Assembly: GCA_965219685.1 (NCBI GenBank)
Contig: CBDCOH010000002.1
Coordinates: 256,001 to 320,000 of the forward strand
DNA: 64,000 bases
Origin: Candidatus Spongiisociaceae bacterium
GTDB lineage: Bacteria; Actinomycetota; Acidimicrobiia; Spongiisociales; Spongiisociaceae
Direction of reading: 5' to 3'
This document shows, one piece after another, positions 19,580-28,426 of this stretch. Numbering within the stretch: the stretch's first letter is position 1; the number at the start of each line of letters is the position of its first letter. The notes beneath the pieces were generated by a model, which saw only the letters and a program-made list of their open reading frames with translations, did not search any database and had not been told where the DNA came from. The translations under genes were made by a program, and so were the position numbers.

Positions 19580-20272
19580 TTAGCTCGGCCGGGAAACGGT
19601 GTAGCCGAGCTTCGTCAGCGCACCGGCCGCTGCTTCGGAATAGTCCCTGGCAGTGGACACGGCCTGGCGATTCTTCCAATCTTGCAGCGAACGCAGAACC
19701 GTCGGCTTCCAGTTCGGCTTGAAGTCGGTGTAGAGCCTCTCACGGTTCAAGAACAGCAGGAAGTCCTCAAGCGTGGGCCGGAACTGCTTTCCCCCGACGG
19801 GGAAGTGAAGCGCATGAAGGTCCGGCGCCGGCCGCTTACTCGACCCATACACCCATGCCATCTCCGGCGAGTTGGCATGGAGATGAACATGAGCCGCGGC
19901 TCGATCTGCTGTCCGCGGGTATCGATCGTATTCCAGCCGAACCAGCGGCCGATGCTTCTTACGCCCACCCGTGACGTCGACCCACAGCCCGATAGTGGAT
20001 GTCAATACTCTTAGGTGGTCCCCGCCGCGCGGCATCTCAACCCAGTACCTGGCCTTTAATAGCAGTACAGGCGCCGCAGGATCGTCATCTGCGCGGACGA
20101 GCGGAAAGCCGCTGGTCCGCACTCCCATCCTCGAAGCTTCTATCCAGGCCCGCCGATCATCGCCGGTCAGGTTCGCGCCGAACCGGACGTCGGTGTCGAT
20201 CGCGACCGCGATGACATCATCAAGGACAGACACGAAGTCCCGGGTGGCAGCCTGTAGTGGCGATGGGGTCAC
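19580..20272 (-). CDS. Hypothetical protein, candidate toxin (TumE/DUF2290-like motifs)
   Basis: 'RLEYDR...AHVHLH...LHFPVGG..FRPTLEDFL'. GTGA overlap with the upstream small ORF. Confidence 0.7.
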   Translation of the reverse strand: MTPSPLQAATRDFVSVLDDVIAVAIDTDVRFGANLTGDDRRAWIEASRMGVRTSGFPLVRADDDPAAPVLLLKARYWVEMPRGGDHLRVLTSTIGLWVDVTGGRKKHRPLVRLEYDRYPRTADRAAAHVHLHANSPEMAWVYGSSKRPAPDLHALHFPVGGKQFRPTLEDFLLFLNRERLYTDFKPNWKPTVLRSLQDWKNRQAVSTARDYSEAAAGALTKLGYTVSRPS

Positions 20273-20445
20273 TCTTCTACCAGGAGGCCCTTGTAATGCA
20301 ACCAGAGATCACGGAGATTCCCGTCGGTCAGCGTATCCGCTTCCCCCTCGGCGCGGAACTCCTCCACGGTCATCCGCTCCTCCTCCAACTCTTCCTCGAG
20401 TCGCTGCAGTAACTCGTCACGAGTGACGTATCTGATCGTGGTCAT
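20269..20445 (-). CDS. 58-aa acidic protein, candidate antitoxin (TumA-like); absent from the ORF track
   Basis: GGAGGT RBS, then MTTIRYVTRDELLQRLEEELEEERMTVEEFRAEGEADTLTDGNLRDLWLHYKGLLVEE*. Confidence 0.75.
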   Translation of the reverse strand: MTTIRYVTRDELLQRLEEELEEERMTVEEFRAEGEADTLTDGNLRDLWLHYKGLLVEE

Positions 20446-20693
20446 CCTCTACCTCCTCGAACGTACCCTCCGGCGTGGATCACGGTGCCGGGCCGCCAGC
20501 CACCGTGCCTCTACTTTATCGTACATTAACCTCTACCTGTGCCAAACGTGGCTTGACATAGTAGAACGTCAAAAACCCTTAGGGGTTGGCATCCCGGTGT
20601 CTCGTAAACACCCGTGCCATAGCGGTGACCCGGGCATGCCTGTGTGAGGGGTCGGCCGTTCCGTGTCAGGCGCTCTGCCCACAGTACGTCCGC

Positions 20694-21780
20694 ATGACCG
20701 CTGACTCCCCGCCATCGTCGCTCACGTTCGCCGATCGTCGGATGTGCGCGAGTACCTCGTCGAGGCGCTGAAGCTCGACCTGGTGGGACCCGGTGTCGGT
20801 CACGACCTCGCCGATGAATTGCCCGGGTGGAGGAGACCGTCGAGCTGGTAACTGACCGGGTTCCTGGATCCCGTCGGACACGCCGTTCGAGGACCGTAGC
20901 GACGTTGACGAGTACGACTCCCTGGACGAGGTGCCGGACACCGCCGGGCTGGTCGAGGAGTCCGCCGACGAAAGGCGAGCGGCCAAGAAGGGTCTCTTCC
21001 CGTCTTCGATGGGTCTGAGCTTCCTCGTGTCCGAGGACACCTGCGCACTCGACCTGACGGTTCGGTGGGGCGACTAGACGCCTGGCGAGGCGGAGGACGC
21101 GTATGGCAAGCCGCTGTCCGTCTGGCAGAGGAGGGCGAAGGAGCGAACCGTGCGGGTGGACCTATCGGCTCCTCCCGATCACCGGGTTCCGGCGTCCGGC
21201 GGACTGCGGCTGCATGTCGTCTCCAGGCCGATCGATGTCGGGCGTCTGCCCGGTCCCCCCCGGCGGAATCAGGTCGGTATCTGTGTTCCTGGTCAACAAC
21301 CGGCCGCCTGTGGCAGTCAAACGCAACCGCTCGGGCACAGCTATCGCGCCTGGATCGACGCTCAGCGGGACAGACTCGCCGAGGAACTGCTGCGCCGGAC
21401 CGGTATCGCCGCCGACCGTATCGAGCGCGGGATCGAGCTGCTGGGCACCGATCCCGACGCGCTCCACGCCTTGTCGACGTGCTCTTTTTCCCGACGGGTG
21501 GCGGCAAGACCGAGGCTTACATGGGCCTGGCCGACTTCACCATCGTGTTGAGGCGCCTGCGTCACCCCAGCCGGAAGGGGAGGTACGGCGCGGGTGTGGC
21601 GGTGATCATGCGCTACACGCTGCGCCTGCTCACGCTCGACCAGCTCGCACGGGCATCCGGCCTCATCTGCGCGCTGGAACCGGAGCGCCCAGACAACCCC
21701 GAACGCTTCGGGGTGTGGCCGTTCGAGATAGGGCTGTGGGTGGGCAAGGCGGCTACCCCGACCATCATGGGCCGCAAGGT
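20694..21780 (+). pseudogene. drmA: DISARM helicase DrmA-like remnant (frameshifts, stops, internal deletions)
   Basis: 'LKLDLVGP', 'FPSSMGLSF', 'VSVFLVN', 'LFFPTGGGKTEAYMGL', 'MRYTLRLLTLDQ', 'FEIGLWVG..ATP'. Confidence 0.85.
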
Positions 21781-21935
21781 TGACGAGGATCGAGAATCCG
21801 ACATCGGGGCGGTGGTTGACGAACGCTCCGGACGGCGCTTTGTTGAGATCCTCCTCCAAGGGCGCTCGGTAGATGGTGATCCCGAGCATCTCGCAGACGG
21901 TGTCGAGATCGAATACCGGCCCGGTGCTTCCCGCC
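21776..21935 (-). pseudogene. ImmA/IrrE-family metallopeptidase fragment
   Basis: 'GPVFDLDTVCEMLGITIYRAPL...SGAF......ILVN'. The HExxH part is missing. Confidence 0.5.
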
Positions 21936-21999
21936 GTGTTGGACCAGCGTCCTGGGCGGACTGTAGCCGCCTTGGACTGTGGATAGCGGTATACGAGGG

Positions 22000-22030
22000 T
22001 TGACAGTTGTCACAGACTGTTGATATAACT
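22000..22030 (+). promoter_or_regulatory. Promoter of the DUF222-HNH gene: TTGACA-18-TATAAC, overlapping a TGTC-N12-TA (PafBC/RecA-ND-like) motif
   Basis: TTGACAGTTGTCACAGACTGTTGATATAAC, ending 6 nt before ATG 22036 (leaderless). Confidence 0.55.
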
Positions 22031-22035
22031 ACATC

Positions 22036-23319
22036 ATGGAACACGAACAGTTGTTCGCTGGTATGCAAGGTCCAGGACGGGTCAGGGCAGCAGGCGATCC
22101 CGTCGGCCGGGTTGGGGATTGTGATGCTGCGGAGCGGATGGCCGCGCTGGTCGACGAACTCGACCGGTTCGTGGCTGCGGAAACGTCCCGATGTCATGCC
22201 GAGGAAGCCCTCGGGTTGTTGGGACGGTTCCAGACGCGTCTGTCCTCGCACATGTGTGACCTGGCCCGCCGGGCTACTGAGACGAACCCTGATACGGACG
22301 CCGTGAGGGTTCTGAAGCAGAAGTCCCGCCTCTCGGGGCGGGACGCCAAGCGGATGGCCAAAGTTGCCGAGCGGCTGCCGGATTTGCCGAAGGTGGCGGA
22401 GGCGTTGGCGGAGGGGGAGATAACCGTCGATCATGCCAAGGCCATGGCCGACGCCGCGGACAAGGTGGGACCCGATGCGGTCGATTCCGACCCTGAGTTG
22501 TTGGAGGAAGCCACCCGGACGGGACCGGATGGGTTCGCGCGCAAGGTTCGGGATTGGTCCAACCAGAAGCTGATCGAAGCCGGGGTCGACGTCCTGGAAC
22601 GTTAACGCCGGGAGAGGGAAGCGAAACTGTGGGTGGACAAACGCAGCGGGATGGGGATGATCTTCGCGAAGCTCCCCGCCGCGCAGTTCGTACATCTGCA
22701 GCAAGCCGCGGATGCCCACTACCTGGAACTTCTACGCCGCGATAGTGTCGGCGGGCTCGCCCCCGACGAGGTGCGCACCCCCGCTCAGCGGATGGCCGAC
22801 GTTCTCGTCGAACTGTTGACCAACCTCGACCCGGACACCGGGGAGATCCTCAACGGGGCGGGAGGGCGAGCCAAGGCATCCACCCAGGTGATCATCGTGG
22901 CCGAACAAGGCGTAGTAGACGGAACCAAGCCCCGGGGTCAGGTCGAGATCATCGGAGCAGGTCCCGTACCACGGAAGATTCTCCGAACCCTGTCACCCGA
23001 CACGGAGTTGGCCGCCATGATCTACGACCGGGCCGGGCGGGTCCTGTGGCTAGGACGCAACCAACGCCTCGCCAACGCCGCCCAGCGCCTCGCCATAGCG
23101 GTGCGCGACGGGGGCTGCTTCCAATGCGGGACCCCGATGCACCGCTGCGAACTCCACCACATCCGAGAATGGCACCGCGACGGCGGCCGCACCGACATAG
23201 ACAACCTCGTGGCTGTCTGCCGCCGCCACCACAGACAGCTCGAGACCGAGAATCTCGTCGTGCAGCCCGATCCGACCGGTGGATACCAGGCCGTACCACG
23301 AGACGGACCGCCTCCCTGA
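22036..23319 (+). pseudogene. DUF222 + HNH endonuclease (13E12-repeat-like) with an in-frame nonsense codon
   Basis: 'ALAEGEITVDHA', 'QRMAD', 'QRLAIAVRDGGC..C', 'CELHHIREW..GG.TDIDNL..VC..HH'. TAA at 22603-22605; the frame continues. Confidence 0.88.
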
Positions 23320-23637
23320 ACAGAGCCGACCCTGCAACACCAGCATCCACCGAGTCACCGCCGCACACCACCCCTACATCTGCACACCACCCCTACACAC
23401 GATCAGGGCGAGCAGAGGGCGTCCGCGGTCTGCTGAACGCCTGGGGGCCGTTCGGGTCGCGAGGAGCTCTCCCCGTCCGAGTATGGGAACAGCGCAGAGC
23501 CCGATCAATGCCCGTGTACACGGAGTACAACCCCTACCGACTGGACCGAGTCGGCGCCGGGCAAGGATTCACTAGTTGGAACCGGCTCTGTCCGCTCGCT
23601 GTCGAAGAGCGTTAGCCTTCGCTGCGAAGGGTCGGAC

Positions 23638-24279
23638 CTAGTCTCCGGCGCTCGTGTTCCCGGTGTAGAAGGCGAGGCAGCGATCAGCTGCAGCGTGCGC
23701 TTGTTCAGGATCGGTTCCAGCGGCAACACTGACCTCTGCCCACGCTGCATTACTGCTCGCCATGTACTCGTTGAGTGGGCCCGCCATCTCGGGATCGGAC
23801 GGATCCGGGAGCGCCTCGTCGGGACGCTTGAGGTGTTCAGCCAAGCCCATGAACATCATCTCCCAGCCGATCCCCACCGCGCCCGGGCCGAACTGATCCC
23901 ACATCTCCGGCGGCACCGCGCCCGTGTGCTCGACCACGAGGTTCGTACCCTCCTTGGAGGGGTTCAATGTCGCGTCGACCCAGCTGACCTGCCCGCCGTA
24001 CTCCCAGGTGACACGAAGCAGCTTCGGCTCTTCGCAGGCCAGAATCTCGCCGCTTGCGTTGTCCTTGATGGTGAACCGGCCGCCTAGTCGGAACTCTCCG
24101 GTGGTGGGGGCCAACCAGCGTTCGATCCGCTCAGGCGTGGTCAGCGCATCCCAAACCTCCTCTATAGCGGTGTCGTAGTTCCGACATACAGCAACCACCT
24201 GCATCGGTCGGCCAGAGCGAGTGGTGGTTGAGACGGAGCGCTGGACCACGCTGAAGTGATCGGCCGGAGAGAATATCAT
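23638..24279 (-). CDS. SRPBCC / AHA1-like domain protein
   Basis: 'EEVWDALTTPERIERW', 'GAVGIGWE'. Confidence 0.88.
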   Translation of the reverse strand: MIFSPADHFSVVQRSVSTTTRSGRPMQVVAVCRNYDTAIEEVWDALTTPERIERWLAPTTGEFRLGGRFTIKDNASGEILACEEPKLLRVTWEYGGQVSWVDATLNPSKEGTNLVVEHTGAVPPEMWDQFGPGAVGIGWEMMFMGLAEHLKRPDEALPDPSDPEMAGPLNEYMASSNAAWAEVSVAAGTDPEQAHAAADRCLAFYTGNTSAGD

Positions 24280-24291
24280 GACCAAACGATA

Positions 24292-24305
24292 TCAGCTAAG
24301 GCTGA
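24292..24305. promoter_or_regulatory. Palindrome TCAGC-N4-GCTGA, possible operator
   Basis: Sits immediately upstream of the SRPBCC start. Confidence 0.3.
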
Positions 24306-24468
24306 CACGCTTGCAGCCTAGGAACGCGTACCAGCACGAACCCGACCAGATGCAAAAGACGGATGGTTGAACTCCAGGTCCTTGGGTCCATAGCACACAG
24401 GTTGGTTCCTCGGTAGCATCGGTCACGCCAGGCGTGGATGCCGGAAGAACCTCGGGAGGGCATGGTAG

Positions 24469-25251
24469 ATGGGTGTCAGCGTGCCGGCGTCTCAGCTTGA
24501 CGGACTCGTAGCGCAGGCGTGGCGCTCGTTCGAGCGTGCCGCCCCGATGCGGTGCCGTGTCAGCCCCGCCGTCCCGATCCTGTTCTTCGGTGACCTCGAT
24601 GCCTATTGCGGATCACAGACGCGCGTTCTGACAGTGGGGCTGAACCCTTCGCTGGAAGAGTTCCCGTCACGAAGACCGTTTCGCCGCTTCCCTCTCGCCT
24701 CGACTGTCACATCTAGCGACCCGGCGCGATACATCAGAGCGCTATCGGCCTACTTCCGTACCGACCCTTACGACAGCTGGTTCCGGAACTTCGAGCCGAT
24801 GCTCAACGGAGCGAAGGCGAGCTACTACCCACGATGGGCTTCGACCGTGCTCCACACCGATATCTGCTCACCCGTCGCAACCGATCCGACCTGGAGCCGA
24901 CTTTCGGACTCCGACCGGGCGGCGCTCGAGGTCCACGGCCCCGCGCTCTGGTATGGGCTGGTCGAGGAGCTGCAACCACACATCGTTGTGCTCTCGGTTG
25001 CTCGACGCTACCTCTCCCATATCGTGTTCGATCCGCTCAGCCGATGGAAACCCCTGCACCGCTTCGAATTCAAGGACAGCGGCGCTCCCCGCTCGCGTCC
25101 CTACGAAGCACGTGCACGCTGGTACCGCACCGGCGGAAACCCGACACTATTCGTCTACTGCCCCGCTGGTAGGACACCACTCACGATCAGCAACGACCAG
25201 AAACGTCAACTGGGCGCGATTTCCGTACAAGCATGGAGGCGCGGTCACTAG
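24469..25251 (+). CDS. Uracil-DNA-glycosylase superfamily-like protein
   Basis: 'PILFFGD....RVLTVGLNPS..EF' (UDG motif A-like), 'HTDI.SP.AT.P.WS.L', 'LQPHIVV'. Confidence 0.6.
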   Translation: MGVSVPASQLDGLVAQAWRSFERAAPMRCRVSPAVPILFFGDLDAYCGSQTRVLTVGLNPSLEEFPSRRPFRRFPLASTVTSSDPARYIRALSAYFRTDPYDSWFRNFEPMLNGAKASYYPRWASTVLHTDICSPVATDPTWSRLSDSDRAALEVHGPALWYGLVEELQPHIVVLSVARRYLSHIVFDPLSRWKPLHRFEFKDSGAPRSRPYEARARWYRTGGNPTLFVYCPAGRTPLTISNDQKRQLGAISVQAWRRGH

Positions 25252-25371
25252 AGCCGAAACAGCGGTCGTTTCGATCTGCCGGTCCGACCCGATGGCGGTA
25301 TCCCACGCCTGAGCCTGCCGTGGTTGCCATTGCTCAGTCCCAACCGCCCTGCTTACACCCCGTCGCGTGTA

Positions 25372-27309
25372 CTAATGGAGAAAGGAGTACATCGCCAATG
25401 TCTCCGGCTGTTCTGATTCCGAAAACACAAGAACTGTGTATATACCGCCAACGGTCACGAGTTGTCGGAGGTCGGCTTCGATGGTGACACTTCCATCTTC
25501 ATGAACGGCCCATGAGTCGGCTACCACATCCTCCAAGGCGAGATCTACATAATAGGAGCCGGGAGGCGGTGGTTCTAGTACTTGAGCGATCGGTCCGACA
25601 CTCTCACAGGCATCCGTGAAGCCGCCACCCACACAATATGATGTGAGCCTGGAGATTTCCTCAGGTCGTTTCGAGGTTGGTGGTGAGTCATAGTAGACCG
25701 CTAAGTGACCGATCTCGACTCCGGATTGTGGCCGCAGCCAAAGCCTCAGTATCCCGTCGTCAAGACGTGGCGATGTTGCGTGGTCCAGCCGCGTGTATTC
25801 GAAGTGTTGATAGTACGCAACCTGGCTGTCAGTGAAGGCTATTCCAATGTTGACGGTGTCGTAGATGGGGTCAAGAATCGTATCACGATGTCCCCAATTC
25901 GCATGAGCGTCGTCATACACCATGGACCACTGGAGAGTCTCGATCGCGCTGAGCACATCGATGTCTCCACAGACGACCGTCGGCTGATCACAGTCTTGTG
26001 ATCCCCTGATCTGCCCGGCGGCGTTCTCGGCGATCACACCGACACCGCCAGCTTGTGTGTACAGCATGTACGGCTTCAATCCATCGGATGTCCAGTGCCC
26101 TGCCAGATATCCGTAACGTACCGAGTCTTCGGCATGGGCCTGTGCCGCCTGGTTGGATCCAAGCCGGACTGCCGGCACACCATGTGATTGACGGTCCAGG
26201 TTAATGAGTCCTATGGCAAACAGCCGAAGATCCTGAAGGCTTGGAGTCTCTGGTTCATCCAGCGGGTTGAGGTTTGCATCCGGCTGGAGAGCTGCTATGT
26301 CCATGTTGATGAAGTAGGAGCTGGCGGGCAGCTCAGAGCCTGCCCAGACGACAAGTTCGTAGATGCCGGGTCCGGGAACCCTTCCGGCTAGAGATGCGAC
26401 TATTGAGGTGGTCTGACCGTCACTTGACCAATGGTCGGCTACGATCGCTGAGTCAGGTAGGTTCAGTATTTGACCGCTGTCAGGTGGTCTATGGATGGAT
26501 AGCACCCTGTCCCGGAATAGGCTATCTGTAGGTGAGGCAGGGGGCGGATAGTAGTAGATGTCGACAGATTCGATCGACAGACTACCGTAGGGGGCGAGTT
26601 CGAGACTTAGGAACCCACCTGAGACGGACGGTTCTTTGAGATATGTAACCTGCTGATGGTCCAGTTGTAGAATCACTACAAACGTGAAGTCGGTATATGC
26701 GACCCCCACGTGTAGTTTCTCCCAGTCCGCAAACAGCAGACTCTCTGGATCCTGGGGACGGGCTTCCGCTAAACGCGAGTCCACATAGGCCGACAGGTAA
26801 CCTGCCGCGTCGGTTCTCTCACAAATCACGAGGGCGGATCTGCACTGAACGATCTCAGCCGCGTCGAAATAGCCGCGGAAGTGGCTCGACGACAGGATGG
26901 ATCCTCGCCCTCCGGTCGCCGTGTAAACCGCATCGATCGGTAGCCCATCTTGGGTGTAGTCGATCAGACCCAAACGGGCAAGGGCCTGCTCAGCCACGTA
27001 CTGAGCGGCGACACTGTCCCCGACTTCCAGAGGGGAATACCCCAGTTCCATCCTTCGACGGTTGACCCGGTCCACAGCCAACGTCCGAAGCGACGAGACC
27101 TCGACCGACGAAACAACATCGAATTGAGCAAGTGACTCATCCTCGAGCGGGGCGGTCGGGACCGGGCCGTCGCTCCGTGTCGACTCCCGGTCCGGAATGG
27201 GTTCACTCGGGTTTTCGAAGTAGACGACCTGACCATCATCTCCACATGCCGGAACCAGGAAGACCGCGACCACAGCGCTCAGGCAGACCCACCTGCGAAA
27301 CACGCCCAT
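25372..27309 (-). CDS. Lipoprotein with two CAP (SCP/PR-1) modules
   Basis: Lipobox VPA-C. Module 2: 'LINLDR..HG..AAQAHAED..HW..DG..AEN..WGHRDTILDP..VNIG'. Module 1 is similar but lacks the His residues. Confidence 0.8.
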   Translation of the reverse strand: MGVFRRWVCLSAVVAVFLVPACGDDGQVVYFENPSEPIPDRESTRSDGPVPTAPLEDESLAQFDVVSSVEVSSLRTLAVDRVNRRRMELGYSPLEVGDSVAAQYVAEQALARLGLIDYTQDGLPIDAVYTATGGRGSILSSSHFRGYFDAAEIVQCRSALVICERTDAAGYLSAYVDSRLAEARPQDPESLLFADWEKLHVGVAYTDFTFVVILQLDHQQVTYLKEPSVSGGFLSLELAPYGSLSIESVDIYYYPPPASPTDSLFRDRVLSIHRPPDSGQILNLPDSAIVADHWSSDGQTTSIVASLAGRVPGPGIYELVVWAGSELPASSYFINMDIAALQPDANLNPLDEPETPSLQDLRLFAIGLINLDRQSHGVPAVRLGSNQAAQAHAEDSVRYGYLAGHWTSDGLKPYMLYTQAGGVGVIAENAAGQIRGSQDCDQPTVVCGDIDVLSAIETLQWSMVYDDAHANWGHRDTILDPIYDTVNIGIAFTDSQVAYYQHFEYTRLDHATSPRLDDGILRLWLRPQSGVEIGHLAVYYDSPPTSKRPEEISRLTSYCVGGGFTDACESVGPIAQVLEPPPPGSYYVDLALEDVVADSWAVHEDGSVTIEADLRQLVTVGGIYTVLVFSESEQPETLAMYSFLH

Positions 27310-27669
27310 CGTTGCCCTCTCCCTATTACCTAGCCATGGCCCCATCGGTGGTCGTGAGTCCTACCCCTCGTCCCGCTGCGCACAGGCCGTGTCGCCGACC
27401 TTCGAGGTGTGGCAGTCGGGAACAGTTTTGGTGGTTGTCGCAGGTCGATCTTGTGGGAGACGTCGTAGCGGCTAACGATCACGATCCGCACAGTCCCAAG
27501 GACTCCCACCTGGTCCACGCCGCTGGATAGTAGTTGGATCCGGGCTGACTTCGGACCCGGCCCCGGTGCTGGCTTACTCCGGGTCCGAGCGGAGTTGCCC
27601 GCTCGGAAGCTGGTGTGGTTCCGATGTTCCGCCCTACTTTCCCGACGCACGATTCCGGACACCGGTCGA

Positions 27670-27950
27670 TCAGCTTCGAGCATCGAAGCGAGAGAACCGG
27701 CGCACCGGTCCTTGGGATACTCGGGCAACGGAGGCCCGCTCGCACACCTCGCCGTTGTGAACGACGAGCACGCGATCCGCAACGTGGCTGACCACTCGCA
27801 GGTCGTCCGTGATCAGCAGCACCTCGATGCCCAAATCGCCGTCGGAGCCCCGAGCGCCGCTCATGTTCTTGGACCCGAGGCCCGGTGAGTGCCCTGAGCG
27901 CGCTCGTCGCCGGACCGGCTACCGAACGCGTGGCGAGAACTTCCGCCAGG
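27670..27950 (-). pseudogene. Peptide ABC ATPase C-terminal remnant
   Basis: 'LGIEVLLITDDLRVVSHVADRVLVVHNGEVCE' (degenerate ITHDL...ADRV.V..G.IVE). Confidence 0.6.
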
Positions 27951-28426
27951 TCCGCGGGTGGCCGTCCGAGGTCCGGCGATCCCTCCACCGCAGGATGACC
28001 ACCTTCGTCGTTTCCCTGACATGGTCCACCCACCGGGATCCCTCGTCTTGATGTGTGCGCGGGCTTGGAGAGCCTCGATGTATCGTCCCGGCGGCGGGTC
28101 TTGTCCGGGTTTCCTTTCACTCGAGTGGTGAAGTATCTGGTCAGGACCAGCTGCTGACTGGAGCTCAGCAAAGATCGGCCGAGCTGAGCAAGGTCGAGCG
28201 ATCGCGATGTGAGGGGCGCACGTCCAGTAGTCCGCGTTGCAGGTTGTAGTCGTCGACTTAGGTGATGAGGCGTTGTTGGCTCAATGTCGGGACGGGGGGT
28301 GGTTGATCGTCAATGAACATCCTTGGTGGGATAATGGTGGTACCCCGCCGGGGTGAGCAGCCCCGGCCCAACTGCGCAGCCGCTGGCTGGGGCTGTTTCT
28401 GAACCGGGCCGCCTAGAGCACCTTTT

